A stretch of DNA of 64,000 nucleotides from Deltaproteobacteria bacterium (GTDB taxonomy: Bacteria > Desulfobacterota > Desulfobaccia > Desulfobaccales > 0-14-0-80-60-11). The notes under the pieces were generated by a model, which ran no database searches, had not been told where the DNA came from, and saw only the letters and a program-made list of their open reading frames with translations. Below are positions 55,066 to 63,092 of this stretch, one piece after another (position 1 is the first letter of the stretch; each line of letters begins with the position of its first letter). The position numbers were made by a program, and so were the translations under genes. The stretch is taken from positions 7,664-71,663 of the forward strand of contig JASEFS010000019.1 in assembly GCA_030018495.1 (NCBI GenBank), given 5' to 3'.

Positions 55066-55287
55066 ATGACTCTGACCAAGGTTTACGGCCCTGACGGCGA
55101 GAAGGTTGTCTCGGAGCAACCGATAGCGCTGGCGTCCCTGCCCCTGCTGGACGCGGAGCGGGCCAACGCCGTGCTCCAGGAGGCGGCGGAGCTGGCGGGG
55201 AACTGCGGCAGCGGCTGCGCCAAGTGCCCGGTGCGGTCGCTGTTGGAGTCCCTGGACCTCAGGTTCGAACAAAGGGTGCCGGCATGA
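55066..55287 (+). CDS. Phage hypothetical protein (CxxxCxxC)
   Basis: ORF coupled by ATGA overlap to the next gene. Confidence 0.6.
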   Translation: MTLTKVYGPDGEKVVSEQPIALASLPLLDAERANAVLQEAAELAGNCGSGCAKCPVRSLLESLDLRFEQRVPA

Positions 55288-55577
55288 GGCGGCTGGTTCT
55301 CGCGGCCCTGGTCATGCTGGTGCTGATGCCGTCCCTTCGGACGGCGGCGGAAACGCTCAGGCCTTTGACCCGGGGGGACTGCCAGGTAATGGAAGAGCAC
55401 CTGCGGAGCCGGGGCCATGAGGTGCGGGTGGAGACCGGCGAGCTGGCGGCGGCGGAAGGGGTCCTCTGGGCCGTGCTCGTCTGCCGCACCCGCGAGGGCG
55501 CGGTTTTCACCTGGGCCTACCCCCTGGGGCCGCTGGAGGGCAACTTCCTGACGGGCCCTGGCAAGAGGTCGAAATGA
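55284..55577 (+). CDS. Phage exported hypothetical protein
   Basis: Signal-peptide-like N-terminus MRRLVLAALVMLVL; ATGA overlaps at both ends. Confidence 0.6.
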   Translation: MRRLVLAALVMLVLMPSLRTAAETLRPLTRGDCQVMEEHLRSRGHEVRVETGELAAAEGVLWAVLVCRTREGAVFTWAYPLGPLEGNFLTGPGKRSK

Positions 55578-55711
55578 CCTGGGTCTGGATATTGGCGGCT
55601 TTGTTTGCGGGCGCGGCCATGGGAATGCTGGCGGTTTGCCTGGTGCGAAGCGGTTGCAAAATCGAAGCTCCGAAGAAATCAATGTTCAAAGGGGAGGGGC
55701 AGAATGGGTAG
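55574..55711 (+). CDS. Phage small membrane protein
   Basis: MTWVWILAALFAGAAMGMLAVCL...; ATGA overlap. Confidence 0.55.
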   Translation: MTWVWILAALFAGAAMGMLAVCLVRSGCKIEAPKKSMFKGEGQNG

Positions 55712-56606
55712 AGCCTGGGGGAGGCTGTACACGGGCACGCGTCATCATCGGAAAATTCGTGTCCTCCGGCAAAGATGTCCCGATTCCTGGTGGATATTAT
55801 ACCCGCTTTTGGAGATGGCCTTTGAGACGGACGACGAAGGCTTGGTTTACCTGGACCAGGACCTGCCCTATACGCCGCAGGAGTTGGCTGAAGAAGTCGG
55901 AATGGCCGACGTCGAACTGCTCAGTAGGACCCTGCAGGTGATGGCCGACCTGAAGCTCCTGAGTTTGGAGGACGGTTTTGTCCGATTTCTGTCCTACAAT
56001 GAGCGCCAATACAAGTCAGACGCTTCCGGTCTGACCGACCGGGTGGAGCGTTGTCGTCAGAAACAAGTTGGTAACGGTTCGGAAACGATGTTGAAACGGG
56101 TTGGTAACGGTTCGGTAACACCAGATACAGAAACAGAAACAGAAACAGAAACAGATACTAGTACCTCCCTACGGGAGGTAGTCGTCGGACAAGCCGACGA
56201 CCCCCTTTTGCCAGAGGTTCTTAGTGATAACGGCAAAGGCAAAAGAAGGCGCAAGCCAGCATCTTTCACGCCGAACGACCTTGGCAGGCTCTGGAACGAG
56301 GTGGCCCACCCAGCCATGCCCCGGGTCATCCTGCCCTTGAGCCAGAGCCGGATAAATAAATTTCGCCCAGCACTAACCGAGCGCCAAGATCCGGAGTGGT
56401 GGAAGGCGCTGTTTGTCAAAGCCGGGGGCATCCCGGGCCTGCGGGGGGAAAACGACCGGGGTTGGCGGGCCGACCTTGAGTTTGTGGTGCGCAGGCGAAC
56501 GGAAATCCTGGAAGGGAAGTATGACAGTTGGGGGACGGCAATTGGCAACGTCGACGGCGTCCAGGCCTGGCTGAAAAAGAAGCGTGAGGAAAAGGCCCAT
56601 GGCTGA
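55704..56606 (+). CDS. Phage replication initiator (replisome organiser-like)
   Basis: N-terminal W.RLY....H.KI, PYT..ELA, Y.ERQYKSD...RV.R.R, (TE)n linker, C-terminal W.ADL.F......ILEGKY. Confidence 0.8.
   Translation: MGRAWGRLYTGTRHHRKIRVLRQRCPDSWWILYPLLEMAFETDDEGLVYLDQDLPYTPQELAEEVGMADVELLSRTLQVMADLKLLSLEDGFVRFLSYNERQYKSDASGLTDRVERCRQKQVGNGSETMLKRVGNGSVTPDTETETETETDTSTSLREVVVGQADDPLLPEVLSDNGKGKRRRKPASFTPNDLGRLWNEVAHPAMPRVILPLSQSRINKFRPALTERQDPEWWKALFVKAGGIPGLRGENDRGWRADLEFVVRRRTEILEGKYDSWGTAIGNVDGVQAWLKKKREEKAHG
56067..56156. repeat. Iteron-like repeats within the initiator gene (candidate ori)
   Basis: GTTGGTAACGGTTCGG at 56067 and 56100; (ACAGAA)4 at 56127-56150. Confidence 0.6.
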
Positions 56607-57009
56607 CTTCGAAGAGTTTTCGCGGTTCATCATCGAGTTGTGCGCCTATTTCGAGCGCAAGCATCCCTCGCCCCTGACTCTGGACCAGTGGTGGGAGGAA
56701 CTCAAGCACATCCAGCCGGACTATTACCCCGGCATCGCCAAGGCGCTCAAGGAATACGAATCCTGGCCCAAAAACTTTCCGCAGAAGGTCCTGGAGATAT
56801 ACAGCCGGATGGGTCATGCGGCAACGAACCAGGAGCATCCGGCCGTCTGGAGACCCTGGAAATACGCCGAGAAGGAGTGCAAAACCTGTGAAGGGCAGGG
56901 CTTTACCAAACAGGAGAAAACCATCTTCTCCAAGGACGGGGAGCGCAGCGTCCGTTTAAAGGCCCGGGTGCTCTGCGCCTGCGTGGAAAGGCACATTTAT
57001 GCCTTCTAA
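56599..57009 (+). CDS. Phage replication-linked protein with zinc ribbon
   Basis: Follows the initiator; CKTCEGQG...CAC. Confidence 0.6.
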   Translation: MADFEEFSRFIIELCAYFERKHPSPLTLDQWWEELKHIQPDYYPGIAKALKEYESWPKNFPQKVLEIYSRMGHAATNQEHPAVWRPWKYAEKECKTCEGQGFTKQEKTIFSKDGERSVRLKARVLCACVERHIYAF

Positions 57010-57030
57010 AGATTCCAGCGCCATGAGCCG

Positions 57031-57261
57031 GTGGACCTGGTGACCGTGAAGAAATGCAAGGGCTGCGGCGCGGACATCCTCTGGATAAGGATGCCCAGCG
57101 GGGCCGCAATGCCGGTTGATTACAGGCCCACCAAGGTCATCGTCCGGGTCCTTCCGTGGATGTTGGGAGGGCCGACACGGGAGCCGGAGTGGAGGCTGTG
57201 TGACAGCTATATCCCCCATTGGGCCACGTGTCCGGAGGCGAAACTTTTTAAAAAGCCATGA
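57031..57261 (+). CDS. Phage zinc-binding protein
   Basis: CKGCGADILWI...G..MPVD...PHWATC. Confidence 0.7.
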   Translation: MDLVTVKKCKGCGADILWIRMPSGAAMPVDYRPTKVIVRVLPWMLGGPTREPEWRLCDSYIPHWATCPEAKLFKKP

Positions 57262-57274
57262 AAGGAGGTGGAGT

Positions 57275-57556
57275 GTGGACCGGCTGTTGAGCATGTTGTT
57301 ATCGAAAGCCGGGGCGGCCCTAGCCGGCGCCTTGGCGATCCTGGCATTGTGGTTACGGGGCGCCTGGCACAAGCGCCGGGCGGAGAAGGCCGAGGCCCGG
57401 GCCCGGACCGCGGAGGCCCGGGTGGAAATCCAAAAAGTGGAGGCCGAATATGCGCCCAAAATCGAACGGGTGGAAGAAGCCGGCCGGGATGGTGATGCTA
57501 ATGCTGTGGCTGACAGCATCAACAGGCTGTGGGGCGATAAAGCCAAATCTGAGTAA
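57275..57556 (+). CDS. Putative i-spanin (Rz-like)
   Basis: AAGGAGG RBS plus GTG; N-terminal TM followed by an Ala/Glu/Arg coiled coil. Confidence 0.6.
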   Translation: MDRLLSMLLSKAGAALAGALAILALWLRGAWHKRRAEKAEARARTAEARVEIQKVEAEYAPKIERVEEAGRDGDANAVADSINRLWGDKAKSE

Positions 57557-57731
57557 ACCGCCCTGGCCGATACCGGGCCCCCGGAAGGCGGAGGCCCTGG
57601 CGCACCCGAAGACGGGGGAGTCCGGCGTCTGGGAACCGGCCTGGAGCGCCGCCAACGGGGTCAAATACACCCTGGAGCTGGAGAAGCGCAACCGGATGAT
57701 GGATGCGATTGTCGATGCCTATCAGGAGTGA
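57450..57731 (+). CDS. Putative o-spanin lipoprotein (Rz1-like), overlapped in the +1 frame
   Basis: GGAGG RBS at 57439; lipobox-like STGC; Pro-rich segment KPPWPIPGP. Confidence 0.6.
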   Translation: MRPKSNGWKKPAGMVMLMLWLTASTGCGAIKPNLSKPPWPIPGPRKAEALAHPKTGESGVWEPAWSAANGVKYTLELEKRNRMMDAIVDAYQE

Positions 57732-57743
57732 AAAGGAGCAGCC

Positions 57744-58034
57744 ATGAGAAGAAACGAGTTGTTGCAGCGGGTGAGGGACGAGGCCGAGGTGGAGGCCTCG
57801 CTGAAGGCGGTGAACCAGATTGTCCAGGCCTTCTGCCGGGTGGTGCAGGACGAGACGCGGCAGCACGGCCGTTGCCAGGTGCGCGGCCTGGGGGTGTTCA
57901 GCCTGAAGCAGCGGGCGGCCCGGATGGTCCGCGACATCAAAACCGGCCAGAAGCGGGAGGTCCCCGCCAAGCGGGTGGTGCGCTTCCGGCCGGAGGCGGG
58001 GTTCGCCGCGCTGGCCGACAAAGCAGCCGGATAG
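57744..58034 (+). CDS. HU/IHF family DNA-binding protein
   Basis: GLGVF..K.RAAR..R..KTG....VPAK.VVRFRP. Confidence 0.9.
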   Translation: MRRNELLQRVRDEAEVEASLKAVNQIVQAFCRVVQDETRQHGRCQVRGLGVFSLKQRAARMVRDIKTGQKREVPAKRVVRFRPEAGFAALADKAAG

Positions 58035-58147
58035 ACCTTGGGCTCACCGGCGCGCCGTCCGCCTTCCGGCCCCGCGGGCGGGCGGTCAAATCCCGGACGT
58101 GGCGATGGTGAGCGGGGCCTCAACCTGAAGAAAGGAGAAGCGAAACG

Positions 58148-58501
58148 ATGATTCCATACCGGCCGCTGCGGAAAAAGCTGGTGTTCAGTTTCGGGGGTTC
58201 GGACACCCAAAAGTCGGCCAACATCTACCTGGAAGGCAAGCTGCACCACGTGCACGTGCGGGTGCCGGACTTCGCCAACGCGGTGACCGCCGGCGTGGCC
58301 GTCGCCGATCCGGACGGCTACGCCTATCTGGAGGAAACCAGCCTGGCGGAGAACCAGAACCACAACCTCGTGTTCGCGAAGGAAGTGCTGCTGCTGGGGG
58401 AAGGGGGCACGGTGAAAGTGACCCTTTCCGGCGCGCCCGGCGGCGCCGGGGGAGAGGTGATAGTGGCGCTGTACTACTTCGGGGTGGGGGAATCGGGCTG
58501 A
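58148..58501 (+). CDS. Phage hypothetical beta-rich protein
   Basis: AAGGAG RBS; alternating hydrophobic pattern. Confidence 0.65.
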   Translation: MIPYRPLRKKLVFSFGGSDTQKSANIYLEGKLHHVHVRVPDFANAVTAGVAVADPDGYAYLEETSLAENQNHNLVFAKEVLLLGEGGTVKVTLSGAPGGAGGEVIVALYYFGVGESG

Positions 58502-58722
58502 TCCTGACGGTCGACTCTTGCCGCGAGGCACTCCAGGAGCTTGATGACCGTGGCGGGGATTTTGCGCCGGCCGTATTCCCAGTGTTCGACGGCATATTTG
58601 CTGACGCCCAGGGCGGCGGCCAGGTCCGAGCGGTGCTCATAGCCCATGGACTCCCGCCAGCGCCGGAACTCCTCCGGGGTCATGCCGGGATGCTCAGGTT
58701 TCGGCTTCTTTTTGCGGCCCAT
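58474..58722 (-). CDS. XRE-family HTH protein
   Basis: MTPEEFRRWR..MG.....LAAALGVS...V..WE.G...IP; GGAGG RBS before ATG 58722. Confidence 0.85.
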   Translation of the reverse strand: MGRKKKPKPEHPGMTPEEFRRWRESMGYEHRSDLAAALGVSKYAVEHWEYGRRKIPATVIKLLECLAARVDRQDQPDSPTPK

Positions 58723-58739
58723 GGTAACCTCCGTCACCG

Positions 58740-58880
58740 TCAGTTGATAACACGGCCCGGCCGGCGGGTCAACCGGGCCTCCAGCTTTTTCAGGACAGCC
58801 AAAGACTCCCTGATCCTGGCCTCCAGTTCATCCAGGAGGGCCAGGATCTCCCGCACCGCCAGGCCGGCCTTACTTTCCAT
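58740..58880 (-). CDS. Small coiled-coil protein, 46 aa (MESKAGLAVREIL...)
   Basis: Manual translation; overlaps the recombinase stop; GAGGA RBS. Confidence 0.5.
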   Translation of the reverse strand: MESKAGLAVREILALLDELEARIRESLAVLKKLEARLTRRPGRVIN

Positions 58881-59454
58881 CGTCGTTCCTCAGGCCCTTG
58901 AGGGCCGCCTCCAGCTCCGGGTCGCAGACGTGGGTGTAAATCTCCGTGGTGGCGAGCGACGCATGGCCCAGGGCCTTCTGCACCAGGCGCAGGTTCCTGG
59001 TGTGGCGCAAAAGGTCGGTGGCAAAGGTGTGCCGCAGGGCGTGGGCGTGGGGGTCTTTCTCCAGCCCGGCCCGGCGCACCGCGGCCTTGACGATCTTGCG
59101 CAGGTTGCGCTCTCCCAGGGGCCGCCCGTCCAGGGCGGTGATGAGACTGTCGTTCTGGCGGGGCAGGGCCTCCCGCACCTCCCGCCAGCGGGAGAGGAGG
59201 TCCAGGTCCTCTGCGGCCAGCCAGAGGGTGCGCTGCTTCTTATACTTGCCGTTGACGAGGACCTTGCCGGAGTTCCAGTCCACGTCCGCGGTCCTGAGGT
59301 TTCTGACCTCACAGCCCCGCAGGCCGGCATTCAGCATCAGGCGCACGATGCAGAGCGCCCGCAGCCGGCCGGGGCTACCGTCGTGGAGCACTCCCAGGAG
59401 GAGATCCTGCTCCTCCCGGGAGAGGGTGATAGGAAGTTTCCTGGGGCGGGTCAT
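58870..59454 (-). CDS. Short tyrosine recombinase (catalytic domain only, FimB/resolvase-sized)
   Basis: GLR..E, GK..KQR, HALRH, LGH, TEIYTH; 194 aa with no arm-binding or core-binding domain. Confidence 0.92.
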   Translation of the reverse strand: MTRPRKLPITLSREEQDLLLGVLHDGSPGRLRALCIVRLMLNAGLRGCEVRNLRTADVDWNSGKVLVNGKYKKQRTLWLAAEDLDLLSRWREVREALPRQNDSLITALDGRPLGERNLRKIVKAAVRRAGLEKDPHAHALRHTFATDLLRHTRNLRLVQKALGHASLATTEIYTHVCDPELEAALKGLRNDDGK

Positions 59455-59463
59455 GAGTTAGCC

Positions 59464-59643
59464 TCATCTCCCCTTGTAGATGTTCAGCCCCACCTTGATG
59501 TCCTCATGGCCGGGGACGCCGACGTTGCCTTCGGTGGTGGCGATGATGATGGTCTTGCCGGATTTGGACGGGCCAAAGCTCTTGCCCAGGTCCACCCGGA
59601 TTACCAAGTCTTTCCCTTCGACTTTCATGTCCACGTTTTTCAT
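59464..59643 (-). CDS. Small hypothetical protein (GPSKSGKT.IIATT.GN)
   Basis: GAGGAG RBS before ATG 59643; compact beta-rich sequence. Confidence 0.75.
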   Translation of the reverse strand: MKNVDMKVEGKDLVIRVDLGKSFGPSKSGKTIIIATTEGNVGVPGHEDIKVGLNIYKGR

Positions 59644-59819
59644 GTAGGTTCTCCTCTCGTGTCGGCCTTCCGCCATTGTGTTAAGGCATCCCGGGCCCCT
59701 TCGACAAAGGCCCGATATAAGACCTCCGGGTCATATCCTTCGGGACACAGTTCCCGGAAAATCTCTGTCAAGAAGGCAAACCCCTGTTCGTGCGCCAGCT
59801 CTATACTATCCACGCTCAT
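59640..59819 (-). CDS. Hypothetical protein, 59 aa (MSVDSIELAH...)
   Basis: GAGGAGG RBS; ATGA overlap with the next gene. Confidence 0.6.
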   Translation of the reverse strand: MSVDSIELAHEQGFAFLTEIFRELCPEGYDPEVLYRAFVEGARDALTQWRKADTRGEPT

Positions 59820-59835
59820 CTTGGCCTCCTCATCT

Positions 59836-60459
59836 TCAAAACTGATACCTGCCGGAAGGCCTTCTAACCTTCCACATCCAGGAGCTTTCCGCCGCCTTGG
59901 TGCGGCCCAGGTTGAGCCGGCCCCGGCGGTTTTTCAGGACCAAGCCCTCGATCTCCTCGTTCCGGGTGACTTCTGCAAAGACCCGCCGCCAGCCGTCGTA
60001 GTACTGGCAGGGCATACCCAGGGCCGGGGCATCGGGTTCACCCCCATAGGCCAGGAGGTGGGGCCGCAGGACATAGGCCAGGAGGTTGCGCCGGTCCTGG
60101 AAAGGGGCATTGAGGAGCAGCTCGCCCTCCCTGATAAAGACGTCATAGAGCACGATTTTGTGGCTGATGCCCCTAGTCTTGTGGTGCCGCAATTCCCCGT
60201 CAAAGAGCCAATAGCCCTTGAGGTCCAGGCCGTCCAGGGCGTCGATGATTTCCCGGCTGGGCCGGTAGTCCATCAACTGCTGATGCCGGTTCCAGAAGAA
60301 CCAGGCGCCGTCCAGGTGGTGCAGCTGGAGGCGGCTGCCGTTGTATTTGGGCTCCGCTACCCAGTCGGGGTCCCGGCTCAGGCGCTCGAACAAGGGCTGC
60401 TCGATGTGCAAAAGCCGGGGGCGCTCCGGGTAGAAGTAGGTGAAGTCGTCGATCCTCAT
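59836..60459 (-). CDS. ATP-dependent ligase-like nucleotidyltransferase, adenylation domain only
   Basis: Motifs I EPKYNGSR, III FDGEL, IIIa LYDV, IV EGLVLK, V WMWKVR; ends shortly after motif V. Confidence 0.85.
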   Translation of the reverse strand: MRIDDFTYFYPERPRLLHIEQPLFERLSRDPDWVAEPKYNGSRLQLHHLDGAWFFWNRHQQLMDYRPSREIIDALDGLDLKGYWLFDGELRHHKTRGISHKIVLYDVFIREGELLLNAPFQDRRNLLAYVLRPHLLAYGGEPDAPALGMPCQYYDGWRRVFAEVTRNEEIEGLVLKNRRGRLNLGRTKAAESSWMWKVRRPSGRYQF

Positions 60460-60507
60460 GGTCGCGGTTCCTCCTGGGCAGGGTTGCCCCTGCCCCTCTC
60501 CCGATGG

Positions 60508-60798
60508 TCAACCCAGGCCTCGCGCCCGGTCCAATTGGTCTTTGCGGCTGTAAAGCTCATCATGCACCAAGGAGGCTTGCGCCTCCAGCCACTCCCGCAC
60601 CTTGCCCCAGGCCGCCGCGATCTCCGGGGGAGGCGTGAGGGCGTGGAAGTCCAGGTTGAACTGCATCCAGGAGTCCCAGGCGTCCCGGATTTTTTCGGCT
60701 TCCTCCTCCCACTTCTCCACCTCCCGCTCAAGGTAATATTCCCGGGGGGTGGAGTCGTGGGGTGCGAAGCCCACCAGCTGTCTTATTTTGGCGTGCAT
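60508..60798 (-). CDS. Hypothetical helical protein
   Basis: GGAGG RBS; member of the minus-strand operon. Confidence 0.7.
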   Translation of the reverse strand: MHAKIRQLVGFAPHDSTPREYYLEREVEKWEEEAEKIRDAWDSWMQFNLDFHALTPPPEIAAAWGKVREWLEAQASLVHDELYSRKDQLDRARGLG

Positions 60799-60807
60799 GG
60801 CACCCTC

Positions 60808-61419
60808 CTACCTTATAGACGGCTTGAACTGCCGGGCAAAGGTCCTGAGCAGTTGGAGGTCCTCCGGGGCCACGGCCCGGTAAACGGCTTGGCTGAAGCA
60901 CTCCCGCGCCGCCAAGCTGACGGCGGTCTCGAAGAAGTCCCCGAAGCGCTCGCCTACCAGGGCCATGAGCTCGGCCTGGAGTTCCTCGCTTTCGAACACC
61001 TCGGCCCGGAGCTTCACCGAGAACTTCTTCTCCACCATTTCGTCGAACCGCTCGCCCAGGATTTCCGCCAGGCGGCCTTCATCCTCGGGGCTGATGGTGT
61101 ATTTGTTGGCGAAGATCACCTTGGCCTGGTGGCGGTTGCCCAGGACGGCATAGCTGCCCTGATACTTCCCGGCGTAGCCGTCTTTGTCCTGCTGCGTCCG
61201 CACAAACTCCGTGATGATGTCGCCAGCGCTGTTCATGGCCGCTTCCGCCATCTTCATATTGGTCTTGGCGTCCTGGTATTCATCCACCGCTGCGGCCACC
61301 TCCGGGGGAGCCTGCAGGGTGGGCATGGCGGTTTTCCTGGCGGCCTTGGGGGCTTTGGCCGTCTGCGCCAGAACCTCCCCGAAACTGGGGGACTTCTTCT
61401 TCAAAGCGACAACCTTCAT
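60808..61419 (-). CDS. Hypothetical protein, first gene of the minus-strand operon
   Basis: AAGGAGG RBS before ATG 61419. Confidence 0.75.
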   Translation of the reverse strand: MKVVALKKKSPSFGEVLAQTAKAPKAARKTAMPTLQAPPEVAAAVDEYQDAKTNMKMAEAAMNSAGDIITEFVRTQQDKDGYAGKYQGSYAVLGNRHQAKVIFANKYTISPEDEGRLAEILGERFDEMVEKKFSVKLRAEVFESEELQAELMALVGERFGDFFETAVSLAARECFSQAVYRAVAPEDLQLLRTFARQFKPSIR

Positions 61420-61438
61420 TGTGTCCTCCTTATAAATA

Positions 61439-61466
61439 AGTATAATCCAATGGCTTATTATTTCAA
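61439..61466 (-). promoter_or_regulatory. sigma70-type promoter in an AT-rich divergent region
   Basis: TTGAAA-N16-TATACT on the minus strand; TATAAT on the plus strand at 61441; AATAAG/CTTATT inverted repeat. Confidence 0.55.
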
Positions 61467-61520
61467 TATCTTTTTCGGCAAAAAATGCTTTTTCTTTAAT
61501 TTTTTTCAACTGAGGCGCAA

Positions 61521-62036
61521 GTGTCTGAAAAGACCTTGTTTTTAGGGATAGACCCGGGGGCTGCCGGAGGGTTCGCCCTTCTGGACGCGCACGGGCGGTT
61601 CGTGGCCGGCGACAAGTGGCGGGACGGGGTGCGCACGCTCCGGGGCCTCGCCCCCTATGCCCCCAGGGTGGCCCGGTGCCACCTGGAGCGGGTCAACCTC
61701 TTTCCCCGCCAGGCCAAGGGCTTCATCACCCAAATGCAGAGCTTGCTTGTGTCCGCGGGGCGCTGGCAACAGATATTGGAGTTCCTCCACGTGCCCTATG
61801 AGCTGATCCACCCTCAGACCTGGCAGGTAGCCTTCGGCCTCTACCATTGGCAGAGCCGCCGGGCCAAGGTGCGCGGCACCACGGGCAAGCTGGAGGGCTT
61901 TGCCCTGACGCCCTGGGACCTGGCCGCCCGCCTCTGGCCCGAGGCCGGCATCAAGGGGCAGGGGCAGTCGGGGATGGCAGTGGGGCTGCTCCTGGCCGAG
62001 CACGCCCGGGGGCAACATGAGGGACCTCTACTATGA
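61521..62036 (+). CDS. RuvC-like Holliday junction resolvase
   Basis: FLGIDPG..GG.A, LE.V, P..WQ, LL.AE. Confidence 0.75.
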   Translation: MSEKTLFLGIDPGAAGGFALLDAHGRFVAGDKWRDGVRTLRGLAPYAPRVARCHLERVNLFPRQAKGFITQMQSLLVSAGRWQQILEFLHVPYELIHPQTWQVAFGLYHWQSRRAKVRGTTGKLEGFALTPWDLAARLWPEAGIKGQGQSGMAVGLLLAEHARGQHEGPLL

Positions 62037-62550
62037 GCTGACCTGGAACGCCACGCGGTTTCGCCAGGGCCTGACTTGGGACAAACCAGACCGCCCTGAT
62101 GAGGACGAGGGGTATGCCCGGCCCAAGCGGATACACCGGGAGACAAGCTACCATGCGACGAGTAGCCTTGAGATTGCACAATGCCCAGTATGCGGTATCT
62201 GGCACGAAAAGGGGCTTGTCCATTGCCAGCCACACCAGCCACCGCCAGAGCAACCAGCTAAGAAACCCAGGCAAAGGCGGCCACCGCAGCCGGAACCGGA
62301 ATATGTGCCTTGGGAACCAGTGGCCAGGCCAGAACCCAAGCGCAAAATGCAGGGCAAGAGACAGCGGGAGAAACGGGACTTGGTGGCTTACCGATGGGGA
62401 GCGAATAATATGTTGCGGGCTGGTCACGACCTGGTGTCCGTCCTGCAGTGGCTTTGGAAACGGTTATATGCCAAGGGGCGTCAGGAGGAATACCGGCGTT
62501 TGGCCAGGGAGATGATGGTGGAGCACGAGGTTATGGGGATGCGGCGTTGA
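62017..62550 (+). CDS. Phage hypothetical protein
   Basis: Overlaps neighbours; CPVC..H motif and Pro/Gln linker. Confidence 0.6.
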   Translation: MRDLYYELTWNATRFRQGLTWDKPDRPDEDEGYARPKRIHRETSYHATSSLEIAQCPVCGIWHEKGLVHCQPHQPPPEQPAKKPRQRRPPQPEPEYVPWEPVARPEPKRKMQGKRQREKRDLVAYRWGANNMLRAGHDLVSVLQWLWKRLYAKGRQEEYRRLAREMMVEHEVMGMRR

Positions 62551-62945
62551 GTCAAGAGGCAACGGCCAAGGAATATGCGCTGTTCTTCCGGTTCGCCAGG
62601 GATAACTGCTGCAATTACTCCCCCAAAGGCCCCCTGGGGAAAAAACACTATTGCTGGCTGGAGCCCAAGGAGACCAACGGCCTCTGTGTCATCCAGTGTG
62701 GCAAACACTGCCGCTGGTTCGTGGGGGCCGTCCTGCCCCTGGACAAGGCCCTGGAAGCGGAGTGGCGCCGGGTGCATGATCCCAATGTGTTGCCCTGGAC
62801 CAAGGGGCAGAGGACTTGCTGTGTCTGCGGCAAACGCTTCCCGTCCGGAAACAACCGGCAATTGCGCTGCGCCGACTGCGCCAAGGCCCGCCGCCGGGAG
62901 CAGGTCATGAAACGGGTGCGTCGCCACCGACTCAAAAAAGGTTAG
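62547..62945 (+). CDS. Cysteine-rich VLP-domain-like protein
   Basis: CCNY...C...C..WF..AVLPLD..L...C.VCG..F....N.Q..C..C; TTG start overlapping the previous stop. Confidence 0.7.
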   Translation: MSQEATAKEYALFFRFARDNCCNYSPKGPLGKKHYCWLEPKETNGLCVIQCGKHCRWFVGAVLPLDKALEAEWRRVHDPNVLPWTKGQRTCCVCGKRFPSGNNRQLRCADCAKARRREQVMKRVRRHRLKKG

Positions 62946-63092
62946 ACTGTAACGCTTTAGACTTTGCAGGTGGGTGAAATCATTGACAAAAAAAGGGGCA
63001 TTTTTTGGGGGTCAAGGGTTTACCATTGGGTTCAATTTCTAAAGTATTACATGGGGCCAAAAAGCCGCGTGTGACGCAGACTTAGGAGACCT

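Noticed and set aside
58870-59454. The prophage's own integrase
   Set aside because: Too short, lacks arm- and core-binding domains, and lies 8 kb from the att end.
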